From assembly GCA_030324005.1 (NCBI GenBank), contig JARDVH010000106.1:34834242-34898241 (forward strand): a stretch of 64,000 bases of DNA. The letters are read 5' to 3'. This DNA comes from Negaprion brevirostris (Eukaryota). Shown here in pieces: positions 1 to 12,109 of this stretch (positions within the stretch are counted from its first letter, which is position 1; each line of letters opens with the position of its first letter). A program made the translations under genes and the position numbers. The notes under the pieces were generated by a model that saw only the letters and a list, made by a program, of their open reading frames with translations, was not told the DNA's origin and made no database searches.

Positions 1-120
1 TCCCCTCGCCTAACTTCCGGGACGGAAGTAAACTACACTCTAACAAGCCCCGAGAACCGGAAGTACAGAAACAAAGCTGGTTGGTTTAGACTATCCGTTT
101 GCTCTTGTGTAGTGGAAGTA
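1..120. promoter_or_regulatory. Edge of a housekeeping-type promoter (ETS/GABP and ZNF143-like motifs)
   Basis: ACTTCCGG 13-20, ACGGAAGT 22-29, CCGGAAGT 57-64, GGAAGT 114-119, ACTACA 32-37 (ACTACACTCTAACAAGCCC, SBS-like) and TGTAGT 108-113. Locally CpG-rich compared with the rest of the window. Confidence 0.6.
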
Positions 121-588
121 TTGGACTGTTGGACATTATGGATGACCTTGTTTTACTCAACAGAGGGCAGTGTGAGCGTGTTGTAATGCGTTGGATGATG
201 TGCCTGCCATAGTTGAATAGCTGGTCCTATGTATGAGCTGTGAGATGTGATTGTGCAGCTTGCCAACTGTTTGAGTGTAAGGTATGATTGATAGATAATA
301 TTGGGACCTGAGCAAAATGGGAGTGGTGATTAGAGCCATTGATGCAGGTCATTGATGCAGGCAGCAGGAATTGGTACACAAGGATTCATTCATTGACCTT
401 GAACACTTGTGTGAGGCTATTAAATATTCTGTGATACTGTATCCTTGAGTCCAGACTGATGGCAATGACTGCTACAGGCAGCTGCTTTCACGGTGCACGT
501 GTCCTGCAGGCCTCCGGACTCCCTGACAGAAGAGAACTTCTCTCCTCTAGTCAACCTCCTGTACCCATGACTTAAGAGCCCAAAACCT

Positions 589-748
589 AGGTGGACCTGT
601 CACGCTGAATTACCCCTTAATGTTAGGGGGACTAGCCAGGGTAAACATTTGAGGTTATGGGGATAGGGCCTGGGTGGGATTGTGGTCAGTGCAGACTCAG
701 TAAGTAGAGTGGCCTCCTTCTGCACTGTAGGATTCTAGGATTCTATGA
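589..748 (+). mobile_element. HE1-type SINE, 3' portion
   Basis: ggggatagggcctgggtgggattgtggtcagtgcagactc ... ctgcactgtaggattcta tail, shared with other copies in the window. Confidence 0.8.
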
Positions 749-749
749 T

Positions 750-1080
750 GGTCTGTTGCGCCACTTCTGTCCATCTCGAAGGTTTTCTAATGTTGCACAA
801 TTGGTCAGTGCCCCTCCTGCAGCCAGGATGCATCTCTCCTTTCAGAGTTACATGCTGGCTTTATGTAATAAAGGCTAACTTTAAACAATGCCAGCATCAT
901 TTGAATTTCTGCCCCCTGCTGAGAGGTGCAGCCACTCAGCAGGATGTTCAGTGCTCTGCTACTCACCACCAACATGGAAATGAAGAGACAGCAGGAGGTT
1001 TCTGTGCTGCTTGCATTATTTCCATTGGGTTTGAGAGAATCACACATCATGCTTGAATTTGGACACTATACAATTCAACC
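750..1080 (-). pseudogene. Pseudo-exon: C-type lectin-like
   Basis: Acceptor gttactcctag. Reads ETSCCLFISM.VSSRA....CTSQQGAEI, resembling SCY.F....W..A...C...GA.L. Confidence 0.4.
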
Positions 1081-1099
1081 CTAGGAGTAACATGTTGAA

Positions 1100-1401
1100 A
1101 ATATTTACTAGTGTCACAGTTAGGCTTGCATTGACTGTGCAATGAAGTTACTGTGAAAATTTCCCAGTCACCATAATCCGACGCCTGTTCAGGTACACTG
1201 AGGGAGAATTTGGTCTGGTCAATGCACCGAACCAGCACATTGTTTGGACTATGGGAGGAAACCGGAGCACCTGGAGGAAATCCGTACAGCCATGGGGAGA
1301 ACATGTGGACTCCGCACAGAAGGTGACCCAAGCCAGGAATTGAATCTGGGTCCTTGGCACTGTGAGGCAGTAGTGTTAACAATTGCGCCACCGTGCTACC
1401 C
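1100..1401 (-). mobile_element. tRNA-derived SINE with ttcacagtaacttcattgc tail; same family at 5330-5640(+), 11505-11770(+), 28005-28352(-), 37186-37462(-), 47942-48235(-), 54705-55022(-)
   Basis: tRNA-like A/B-box head, shared central ggtgctccggtttcctccca domain and a common 3' tail across seven copies. Confidence 0.85.
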
Positions 1402-2232
1402 TCAACTAGTCTCTTCTTGAAAATATATCACTGTCCGTGATCTCCAGACACCAGACATGTAACTGCCCAATATTTTTCCACCTACTTTTAGTATCTTTGA
1501 GATGAAGTGGGAACACAAAATGAGCTGAGAACGGGGAATGTTGTTTTTCCTCCTGAACACAGCGACAAAGATTTTCTGCTGGAAGTGATGGCAGTGGCCA
1601 TAAATATCTGCCCAAATACATACAACTGGACTAAAATAATATTTAAATAGTATGATAATATCAAATGTCAGATTTCCCAACATTTCCCAAAAGGACCCAG
1701 CAACAACAGACAAGGCTATTAAACATGGGTGGTGGAGGAACATCTGAAAACAATCACTTGGAGCAAAATTAATTGTCACATGGACAAAATGTTTAACTAA
1801 GGGAATCCAGCTTGGATTTCTTAACGGTAAAGCACATATATCTATTTGACTATTTAACTAACCTTTTTGAAGAGGTAGCAGAAAGAGCAAATGAGGGCAG
1901 TGCCGTTGATGTGGTGTACATGGACTTTCAGAAGGCATTTGATAAAGTGCCACACAACAGACTTGTGAGCCCAGACAGAGTTCCTGGAATAAAAGGGACA
2001 GTGGCAACATGGATATGCAATTGGCTGAGTGACAGGAAACAAATAGTTAATGAATGATTTTCAGGCTGGAGGAATATTTATAGTCGAGTTCCCCAGGCAT
2101 CAGTGTTGGGACCCTTGCTTTCTCTGATATACATTAATGACCTAAACCTTAGTTTATAGGGCACAATTTTCAAAGGTACCAGATGATGTGTAATTTGTAA
2201 GTATTGTGAAAAGTGAAGAGGATAGTGTAGAG

Positions 2233-3371
2233 CAGTTGTTCCCAAACTGGAGTCTGCAGAGCTCGGGGTGGGAGATCCATCCAACACAGACTTCAAAGTG
2301 GGGGAGATGTCCAGCATGGGTGCCAGAGCCGGGGGGCCGTTCAGCACGGTATTTGGAGCGGGGGAGCCATCTAGAAGGGGCCATGGAGCAGGAAGCTCCC
2401 CAGATCAAGCCTTGGAGCAAAGGCGAGATACAGTGTGGACCTCAGAGCCAGGGAGAAGTCTGGCACAGGCCTTGGAGCAGGGTAGCCACCCAGTGCAGAC
2501 CTTGGAGCTGAGGAGCCAGACAATATGGGCCTTAGAGTGAGGGAGGCATTGAGAGGGGGCATTGGAATGTTGGGCCTTAGTGCAAGAGAAAGAGGGGTGA
2601 GTGCATGTGAGAGAGAATAAAGTGTGTCTGAGAGAAAGAATGAGTGTATGTGAGAGGGACTGAGTGTGTGCGAGAGAGAGAGCGAGTGTATGTGAGAGAG
2701 GGAGTGAACATGTGTGAGAAGGTGTGACTGTCTTGAGAGAGAGAGTTGTGTATGTGTAAGAGAGAATGTGTGAGAGAGTGAATGTCTGTGAGAGGGATTG
2801 TATGTGTGTGAAAGAGATTGGTGACTATGTGAGAGGAAGTGAGTGTGTGTGAGAGAGCGAGTAGAGAGCGTGAAAGAGTTGAGTGTGAGAGGGAGATGTA
2901 TGTTTGTGTGCATGTGAGAGAGTGACAATTATGTGCATGTGAAGGAGAGGGAGATATGAATATGTGTGAGGGACAGAGAGGTGAGTGTGTCCAATATGAA
3001 TACCAGCTTTCCAGCATCACTCCTCCTATTAAAAATTACAAACAGTAAGGCTTAAATATTTTAGATCCTCCGCTCCTGTAGTGAGTACTACTTCCAGGGA
3101 TTAATGTTAAGAGGCTATGGGAGGGTGGCTTGGCCAGGGGTACTGTGAGGGAGTCATGTAGCTGACTAATGTATTTGTGACTGTGTGCCTCTTCCTAACT
3201 CCTAATATACACATAGATCTAACTAGAAGAGACTGGTTTATATATGATTCCTGTGGTTGTGCCTATTTTGTGGCATAAGAGGGACATCAACATTATGAGA
3301 ACGTTAGGTGTTCTCTGATGCATTTGCGAGTCATTCAGGGTTCTGTGGCTCAAAAGGTTTGGGAAAAGCTG
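2233..3371. mobile_element. Non-autonomous hAT (Charlie-like) DNA transposon
   Basis: Imperfect TIRs CAGTTGTTCCCAAAC / GTTTGGGAAAAGCTG; 8-bp TSD GTGTAGAG (2225-2232) / GTGTAGAA (3372-3379) with a central TA. Confidence 0.85.
2580..2990. repeat. Degenerate (GA)/(GT) low-complexity tract inside the hAT element
   Basis: gagtgtgtgagagag runs; explains the His/Ser/Thr-rich ORFs on the minus strand. Confidence 0.9.
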
Positions 3372-4769
3372 GTGTAGAACTTCAAAAGGATATAGACAAA
3401 TTGGTGGAATGGACAAACAGGTGCAGATGAAACTCACAGTGGAGAAATGTGAAGTAATCCACTTTGGTGGGAAGAACATGGAGCAACAATATAAAATAAA
3501 GGTACAATTCTAAAGGGGGTGCAGGAACAAAGGAATTTGGGTGTTTTGTACATATATCATTGAAGGTGGCAGCACAGGTTGAGAGGACAGTTAATGAAAC
3601 ATACAATGACCTAGGCTTATTTAATGTATCGAGTACAAGAGCAAGGAAGTTATGCTGAACCTCTATGAGACATTAGTTTGGACTCAGCTGGAGAACTGCA
3701 TTCAGTTCTCAGGGCTGGACTTCAGGAAAAATGTAAATACTTTGGAGAAAGTGTGGAAAAAATTCATGGGAGTCGTTCAAGGAATGAGGAACTTCAGTTA
3801 TGAAACTGGATCACAGAAGGTGGGACTGTTTCCTGGGAGAAAGGAAGGCTGAGAGGAGATTTGATAGAGGTATTCAAAATCATGAAGTGCCTGGACTGAG
3901 CAGATAGGGAGAAACTGTTCCCTGGCAAAGCAAGCATTTGTTACCCATCCATAATTGAGCCACCTTATTGAACTGCAGTCCATGTGGTGAAGGTTCCCTT
4001 GCTGTATTGTTGGGGAGTGTGTTCCAGGATTTTGACCTAGTGACAGGAAAGGAGCAGTGTTATAGTTCCAAGTCAGGATGGAGTGTGACTTGGAGGGGGA
4101 CTTGCAATGCTGGTGTTCCCATGTGCCTGCTGCTCTTGTACATACAACACATTGAGTGTAGCAAGTCAAGAACCTTCCCAAGAGCAAGTAGGGATGGGCA
4201 ATAAATTCTGGNNNNNNNNNNNNNNNNNNNNNNNNNNNNNNNNNNNNNNNNNNNNNNNNNNNNNNNNNNNNNNNNNNNNNNNNNNNNNNNNNNNNNNNNN
4301 NNNNNNNNNNNNNNNNNNNNNNNNNNNNNNNNNNNNNNTATTTCCACTTGCCCTCCAACATGAAACCACTGCACATTGAGACTGGAAAATAGGAGACTGA
4401 GCCTTGAGAGGTCATGGCTTTCATCTTCATGCTTTGCAGCGTGCAAAAAAGATTTTAAATTTGTTTTGAGAGCTGTAATTGAAATGAGTTCTCGTTATTT
4501 GTAATTAACATTGCTATGAAGGTCACTAACTGGCATATGTACATTGTGCTCCTGCAAGCTGTTTTGGAACTGGAGATGATTTGGTGATATTCTTTTGTGA
4601 TTAGTGCACTTGGATCAGAAAGGTGGAAAAGCTTCACGTTACACTTGATTTGCATGCTTGATGCAAAATGCTGGGTGCAAAGCATTAAAAATAATTCATT
4701 CACTTAACATGTAATGCCTTCACTTTGACTATGTAGACATACAGAACTGCACATATCATTCTGCATAAA

Positions 4770-4885
4770 AGACATCCAAAAGGTCCATCTTTATTGATGT
4801 TAAACCCTTTCCCTGACGCATGGAATTCAGGAATAAAAGTAATAAAAGCTTCAGCTGACAAGTCAAACTCTTGAACATTGGAATC
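4770..4885 (-). pseudogene. Pseudo-exon: CUB domain, C-terminal half
   Basis: Acceptor ttgtcacag. Reads DSNVQEFDLSAEAFITFIPEFHASGKGFNI, matching the CUB terminal I.F.SD...SG.GF motif. Confidence 0.55.
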
Positions 4886-6106
4886 CTGTGACAACCATTA
4901 ACGTGATCAATAACACACGAGAACTACCCCATGAGTGAATCAAAAATAACTAGATTGTAAAATATCCAGAAAGCAGCATGTTGCACTCTGCATCAATATT
5001 ACGTAGAACACTTATGACTCCAGTTAATGGTTTACTGTCTTTGTTACCTCTGGTGCATAATGTAAATGGCTAGTTACATTAGCTTAATTAAAAAGTTCTC
5101 ACAACTTTGGGTAATGTTTAACTTCCATTTAATGCAGCTTAGATTCCACACAGAGTGCTAAACTATAAAACAAAATAGTAACTGGAGTTCTTTCTCCTTC
5201 ACTTAAGTAGCCTATTTTTTTGATGTAAAGACATAAAAGATTGTTCACTTTGGAGGGCATCACCCTAGTGTCTGATCTGGTTCTCATATATCCATCCATT
5301 TTGAGTAGGGCTCATTGTGTAGGAATTAAGGGTGGCATGGTGGCACAGTGGTTAGCATTGCAGCCTCACAGCACCAGAGATCTGGGTTCAATTGTCAGGT
5401 TGGGTCACTGTCTCTGTGGAATTTGCACGTTCTCCCCGAGGCTGCGTGGTTTTCCTCCAGGTGCTCCAGTTTCCTCTCATAGCCCACAACAGGCTGTGGA
5501 TACACAGGTTAGGTGCATTGGTCATATTAAATTTTCTCTTGACGTTCCCAAACAGGCACTGGAATGTGATAACTAGAGAATTTTCACAGTAACTTCATTG
5601 CAGTGTTAATGTAACTACTTGTGACTAATAAATAAACTAAAACTTCACCCAAAGCCTCTCGTTGGCACGTAACAGATCTACTCATTGGAACTATTAAAGA
5701 TGCATTGACCTGTTTCCTTCACCTTTCCCCCTGTCACAGAGTGTGCCTCACTCTCCTGCTCCATACCTGGGGATCCCAGTCTGCAGCTCTCACCCTGGCT
5801 AATGCCGCATTGCTTTTAGTCCCTGCACTCACAAATTTCCATCTGACAACACCACAAAGTTAAAATTCACACCCTGCTGTTCCAACCCCCGCATGGCCAC
5901 ACCCTTCCCTGTCTCTGTAATGCCATCCAACCCCACGACACTCTGAGATACCCGGACTCTTGTTCATTCCCAGTTTTCTCTACTCCACCATTGGCATCTG
6001 TGCCTTGGCCTTTAGCCCTGGAATTTCTTTGTAAACCCCGAAGATGCCTTTTAAAACCTGTGCCTTTGACCTGGAGTTTTGCCATCCTGATATTTTGAGT
6101 AGGTAC

Positions 6107-6298
6107 CTAGCCGTGTTTGAACACAATTCTAGCCAGTCCCGGTGAAAGGAGATTGGAGCTCTGGCTTGGAATTTCTGTCAGGAAACTCATTTCAGGTGTG
6201 TTATGGAACTAACCCTTATCAGCGGGAGTAAAGGAAGTGTTTGGATTGTGGCTTGTCAGACTGTGAATACAACTTGTGAATTCTCCCACAGGCACATG
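6107..6298 (-). pseudogene. Pseudo-exon: CUB domain, N-terminal half
   Basis: Acceptor atcttttgccgacag and donor AG|gtacct. Reads CACGRI / LTSHNPNTSF / HLK*VS*QKFQ..SFHRDWLEL. Confidence 0.5.
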
Positions 6299-6342
6299 CT
6301 GTCGGCAAAAGATATAAAAATAACCACAACCTTGAACACTGC

Positions 6343-6471
6343 CAGTAGTCTCACAACACCAGGTTAAAGTCCAACAGGTTCATTTGGTAGCACGAGCTTT
6401 GGGAGTGGTGCTCCATGTTGTGAGACTACTTACTGTGCCTACCCCAGTCCAACGCCGGCATCTCCACATCC
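6343..6471. mobile_element. Short Penelope-derived insert with internal inverted repeat
   Basis: TSD TGAACACTGC (6333-6342, 6472-6481); AGTAGTCTCACAACA / TGTTGTGAGACTACT inverted pair; same sequence as the end of the element at 13875. Confidence 0.75.
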
Positions 6472-6529
6472 TGAACACTGCTGGATTATTGTTAAAACCC
6501 TAATGATCTGGCAAGTTCAAGGAACATAG

Positions 6530-6755
6530 GGGAGAGGCAGTGGCATATTGGTGTTTCATTGGGTTAGTGATCCAGAGACCCAGGGTAATGTTCTGGGGAC
6601 CCGGGTTCTAATCCTGCCACAGCAGATGATGACACGTGAATTCAATTAAAATCTGGAATTAAGAATCTACTGATGACTGTGAAACCATTGTCGATTATCA
6701 GAAAAACCCATCTGGTTCACTAATGTCCTTTAGGTAAGGAAAGTTGTCATCTTTA
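6530..6755 (+). mobile_element. tRNA-derived SINE, second family; also 32110-32460(-) and 40330-40655(+)
   Basis: ggggacccgggttctaatcc B-box-like head and catctggttcactaatgtccttt body in three copies. Confidence 0.7.
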
Positions 6756-6855
6756 NNNNNNNNNNNNNNNNNNNNNNNNNNNNNNNNNNNNNNNNNNNNN
6801 NNNNNNNNNNNNNNNNNNNNNNNNNNNNNNNNNNNNNNNNNNNNNNNNNNNNNNN

Positions 6856-9800
6856 TGTCTTTGAAGTGTCTTCTTTATCCTCCCCAGGAACGCTGGCCAT
6901 TTGAGAGTTGAGCTAACAGTACCTGTTGGAGAGATGTCTTTCGCCATTGGAAGTTGCTTTTGCAGGAGTTTTGCTGAATCTTTGCGGAACTGGCTGTTAA
7001 GAAGGACACTAGCATTAGTTCAATGGTCTTCCCATTGAATCCAGGGGATGTAGCAGAAGCATTACTGCTCTTATTGCTCGTATGCATCACTGATACACAA
7101 TCCAGTCTCACTGCAGCACCAGGAGTACAATGAAGCCAACTGCTCTGTACATTGGGATTTTTGTTGATTTGTGAAGGTTTCTACTGTCAAATGTTCACTC
7201 CCTTGTTTGCATCAGGCTGAACTGCTGCTGTTGATCCAATGTTTGATCACCTCGTCAATGGCGACTTTTTGAGAGAAGTGGCTGCTAAGGTGTGGGAAGT
7301 GCTCAACATATTCCAGAAGCTCTCCTTCAAAATATATCAGAGGTGGGATATTTGGCTGATTGGGTGTGGGTTGATATAACAAATTTTCTTATGGCAATAA
7401 TCACAGCTAGAATTTCCTGTGTGCAAAATTGAAGAGATTGAAAATAGCTTGAAAATCTGGTGCAGGGTGAGTAGTCAAACTGTAGTCATTTTCAAACTGT
7501 AGTTTTATGTACGTCTATGGTGGCCAGTTTAGGTTTGGTACAGAAGCAACTGAGGTTAAAGAGTTTTTGACAGTTTGTAATACTGTTACCAGAAGAAAGT
7601 TGATCTTTGATGAGAGGCCAATCAAACAGCATTGTTTGACTAGCTTTTGAAGGTGACTGTTTTAGATTTCCCACTCAAGATGGTTGCAGTCAGGTCATCA
7701 TGAAGCAGCAGCACGAGTGTGCTGATGTTCTTGGACTCAAATCTTTGGAGCACAATCCACAGAACCTCATGATTTATTGAGTCAAAANNNNNNNNNNNNN
7801 NNNNNNNNNNNNNNNNNNNNNNNNNNNNNNNNNNNNNNNNNNNNNNNNNNNNNNNNNNNNNNNNNNNNNNNNNNNNNNNNNNNNNNNTTTGGAGCACAAT
7901 CCACAGAACCTCATGATTTATTGAGTCAAAAGCTTTGCTCAGGTTAACGAACGCAATGAAGAAGAGTTCCTTGTGTTGTCCTAGACATTTTGTTAGGATT
8001 TGTCAGGTAACAAAGATAATGTCAAAGGTTCCTCTGGGAGATTTAAAGAAAGGTTTCTACAAGGATTTCTTCAGACGCAGGAGGAGGCGATTTAAGAGTA
8101 CATGTGTCTGGATTTGTCCTGCTATGGACATGAGGGCAATACCATAATAGTTTTCACAGCACAATTTATCTTCCTCCTTGAAACTAGTTATAATTGTTGG
8201 AAGGTTGGGAGAAGGTATTTTCTATAATCCATAGGATGAGAGTTGAGTCTTGATGTGAGCAAAAGCCCACAAGCTTGAAAACTTAGCTGGAATACTGTTG
8301 GAGCAACAGGCTTTATTGTTTTTCATCTGTTTGACTGGTTGTTGCAGCTATCCCATCGATGGTGATTCATCCATGGATTCTATCACAAGATACAGGGGAA
8401 CAGCCTGGAGATTATCAGCTGTCACTCTGGATTCATGGTTGAGGAGTTGTTGGAAATGTTCTTTTTTGCATTGTCATCCTTATGAAGAGAGACACCAGCC
8501 TAGGAGCGAAGATTAAGTTGTCCATTTAATCTTGGTCTATAGATGTTCTGGTGGCTTCGGAAGAGATTTGCATATCGTGAAGGTCAGCATGTTGTTGGAT
8601 ATCTCAAACTTTCTTTTAAGAACATAAGAAATAGCAGCAGGAGTAGGCCATCTAGCCNNNNNNNNNNGGCTGATTTGAAGTGGATCAGTCCCACTTTCCC
8701 GCTTTCTTCCCATAACCCATAATTCCCTTGTCTGTCAAAAACCTATCTACCCATGTCTTAAATATATTTAGCGAGGTAGCCTCCAACACTTCAATGGGTA
8801 CACATTTTCCTACACATGTTTTTATTGTCCAAATTTGTCTTTGGGTGCTAACCTTGAGCTGTTGGAATGCTGCAATCTTTCCTTGTGACCTTGGATTGTT
8901 CTACTAGGCTGCTCATTTTGTTCCAGGTGGCCACATATTTCAGCAATATTTCCATTGAACAATGCTGGTGACAGTGTTCAACTCGATGGTCTGATCACTG
9001 GAGTCTTGTGCAGCTGACTTTATTTGATCCCACAGTTCTGGAGTTCAGTGGGATGAAGATTTCCCAGATTGATCATGAGCTGCACTTGCTCTATTCAACT
9101 GGGCTGCTTTGGGGCCTTCACCTTTTTCTTGGTCTTTTGAGTTTTGTGTTGATGCTAAGTAGATGCTCATCACTGATCAGCCAAGTCAATGACCTATTCA
9201 TTAGGCATCATTTGCATGGATCGAGTGACACAGACATCATTTAGATCTTTGACTCGAAAAATGACATAATGCAGGAGATGCAAGTGCTTTGATCTAGAAT
9301 GCCTTCATGTGGTTCTGAATTGATCCTTCTGCAGAAGAAGTGTTTGTTATAATGAGGCCAGGCTGAACACACTTCGTCAGCAGGAAGATGCCATTTGCTA
9401 TTTCCACCCCATTTTCCCAGTTGTTCCCTCCAGACATCAGAGTCATGGCCAATCCCTAACGTTACCCAGAAGGATGATCTGTTTTGCTTTTGGAATGTGT
9501 AAGAAATTTATCAAGGTCAGAAGAGAATTTTTCCTTCACATTTTCATCAAATTCAAGGGTTGGCGCATGATCACTGATGATGGTGATGTCTGAATTATGG
9601 TTGAACTGTAGGTGAATTGTCAAAAGCCTTTCATTTACATGGCAGGGGAGTTCTGGCAACCCATTCAAGATCCTGTTGCAGATGGCAAAAACAACTCTGT
9701 AGGCACAAAGGTCATGTCAGTTTTTCCTTTCCAGTAGAAGATCTATCTCCGCTTGTTCCTTTGGCTGCCTGTCCCCAGAAAGGTACCTCTCACTGAGGGT

Positions 9801-10300
9801 GCCAATATCAATTGAGAATCTTGATAACTCGTGATATGATTGCAGTTCTTCTTTTTGGATGGTCATTCTTCAGATTATGTGTGTGTGTCCTGACATTCCA
9901 AGTTGCAAACTTTAAAGTTTTCTTTCTTTGACTATAAGATTATCCCTCAGGGTACAGTTCCCCAGCCAGGAGAAAGTGGGATGGCTAGAAAAAGCCACCT
10001 TTTCTATTTAGGGTGACCAGAGGGTATCCTTCCCCATTTTGGGTGACCAGAGGGTATCCTGAAAAGGATATCTCAGTCACAAAAGCTGCTGCCCAGACAA
10101 ATCTCCATCCCAACACAAGTGTCCAATAACCTTCATGCATCTGTGACCTGTCTGCAGATTCTTGACTAGTGTCTCCCATTCATCCTTGCAGCTGGGGAGG
10201 TGTCAGCCATGGTTCAGTTGCAAAGCATCAAAGCCCAGTCTGATCCTGCATTGTTTCTTTTGTAGGAGTTACAAGAAAACAGCAAGAGCAGAAAGCTTGT
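6856..10300 (-). mobile_element. Near full-length degraded RTE-clade LINE
   Basis: ATWNVRT-type APE endonuclease start near 9900; RT remnants (FDSINHEVLWIVLQRF); C-terminal ELSNGQRSWG...KDT; a small CR1 tail is nested at about 8620-8800. Confidence 0.85.
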
Positions 10301-10309
10301 CTGAGTTTA

Positions 10310-10773
10310 CTCCTCTTTAAAGTGCTAAGAACAATTATAGTGCTTCAATTGCTCCCCCAAGGAGTTGTACCTGGAACCTTGATGGGATACCTGAATCAAT
10401 CTAGGGGACTGTGCACCTTCCATTTGTCTCAAACCGCCTGAAAAATACTAACATCAATTTTAATTTGGCTTCTCAGCTGCTCTCCCACCTTCGTTGAATC
10501 ATTCAACACAGACAAATCCAATTAATGTCTTCCAACTGGATAGTTTGAGACCCAGATGTGGATCCTACTCTTCAGTTTCAATTACAACCTGGGTTTGCAA
10601 TTGCGTAAAACAGGCAGGCAGCATCATACTAACACTCTTATCATCCAATGCTATTTAAGGTGGGCATTTAATATATCTAATGTTGTATGAATGATGTTGT
10701 GTGAATGGCACGTTATATGAAGGCCAAAAAAATGGATGGCACTGTGTAATACATTTTCTACCATTTGCTGGTG
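10310..10773 (-). pseudogene. Pseudo-exon: CUB-like domain
   Basis: Acceptor ccttgtttccag. Reads NCKPRL*LKLKSRIHIWVSNYP ... STKVGEQL..IKIDVSIF..FETNGRC ... VQLLGG; abuts the 5' end of the RTE element. Confidence 0.45.
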
Positions 10774-10889
10774 CTGGAAACAAGGACAGCAGGAAATGCT
10801 GGTTCCCTTATGGTTTAAGGACGAGGAGGTTAATCTATAAAGTTCCACTTTGATGGAGGCAATCAATCGCAGAGCGGTTAACTACATTA

Positions 10890-11490
10890 AAATGTCAGTC
10901 GTGGTTCAGTGCTTTCCTCTGAGTCAGCACATCATGGGTTCAACTTCCACTTCAAAGGTTTGACCACATAATCTAGACTGGCATTTCAGTGCAGAAGTGG
11001 CTTATCAGAGATGCTGTTTTTTAATTGAGATGTCACACCAAGGCCTTGTCCTGTCAGCACAGGTAGATGTTGAAGGCTTTAGGACACTAGGTGGGAAGAC
11101 CACAGAAAACATGGTGTGTTTCACAGCAGGAGAGGTGGCCCAACACTGGTTAGTGGCTGGATCTTCTGGTTGTACCATTGTCAGTGGGGCTTCCCATTGA
11201 GTCACTGGGAAACCTGCTGAGGGGATGGGCCATCAGTGGGACCAGAGTGAACGGCTGGAAAATTCCAGCCAATGTATGAAGAAGAGCATAAGAATTATTC
11301 AGGTCAATGTTTATCTCATAACCCCCATCACTAAAACAAATTACCTGGTTATTTATCCCATTACTGTTTGTGAGGCATTGCTGCATGAAAATTAACTACT
11401 GCATTTGCCCACATTACAAGGGTGGCTACAAGTCAAAATTAATCCTCTGCCTTTTCATTGGGACTTGCTGAGTGCTTGAAAGGTGCTGGT
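10890..11490 (+). mobile_element. SacSINE1/Deu-domain-like SINE with a nested MITE (about 11088-11272)
   Basis: ctctgagtcag..gggttcaa head and catcactaaaacaaattacctgg...ctgtttgtg body, recognised from memory. Confidence 0.55.
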
Positions 11491-11844
11491 AATTGTTATC
11501 CAAGTGTTAGCACTGCTGTATCATAGCGGGTTCGATTCCTGTGTTGGGTCACTGTCTGTGTGGAGTTTGCATGTTCTCACTANNNNNNNNNNNNNNNNNN
11601 NNNNNNNNNNNNNNNNNNNNNNNNNNNNNNNNNNNNNNNNNNNNNNNNNNNNNNNNNNNNNNNNNNNNNNNNNNNNNNNNAGGCGCCGGAATGTGGCAAC
11701 TATCTGGATTTTCACAGGAACTTCATTGCAGTGTCAATGTAAGCCTACTTGTGACAATAAATAAATAAACTTTAAGAATGCACTTCTGTTCATTCAACTT
11801 GATGAAAGTAGCAATTTCCAAGTACAAGGAAGAAGGTAATGTAC

Positions 11845-11941
11845 GTATATTCAGTTGCCATTGCCAGCAATGCCAGGCCAAAGCTGGGCACCACAACAAT
11901 CAATGTTACCCAGCTGAACTGGAATAGCACTATCAATGGCC
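11845..11941 (-). pseudogene. Pseudo-exon: SRCR-like fragment
   Basis: Acceptor gtgcaacag. Reads AIDSAIPVQLGNIDCCGAQLW, resembling GPIWL.NV.C.G.E; short match only. Confidence 0.35.
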
Positions 11942-12109
11942 CTGTTGCACACTGAATTACTTCAATTAATTGACCCTCAGGAATCAGCTAGATTCAGGAA
12001 TATAGATAAGGGGAAGGCAGAAGTTCGGCCCCTCTGAAGATTAGAGGCAAAGAGGAAAATTCATTCTGCAGTGTGTTGTAATATTCACTCTGGGACTTGA
12101 ATTTTATTT

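Larger units (their letters stand above)
1690..3925 (+). mobile_element. CR1/HER1 LINE RT fragment, interrupted by a hAT element
   Basis: VDVVYMDFQKAFDKVPHNRL, PQASVLGPLL; the frame SEEDSV|ELQKDIDKL rejoins across 2233-3371. Confidence 0.9.

Noticed and set aside
157-522. Possible terminal pseudo-exon after the acceptor ttctcttctgtcag
   Set aside because: No recognisable domain or transmembrane segment in any frame; left unannotated.
2371-3020. 185-aa and 147-aa His/Ser/Thr/Leu-rich ORFs
   Set aside because: Translation of the GA/GT low-complexity tract inside a hAT element.
5330-5410. tRNA genes at SINE heads
   Set aside because: tRNA-derived SINE 5' ends continuing into SINE bodies, with no complete cloverleaf.
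7744-7932. Exact ~45-bp direct repeat across a gap; similar cases at 57188-57310 and 59878-60037
   Set aside because: Typical contig-overlap or scaffolding artefact around N gaps.
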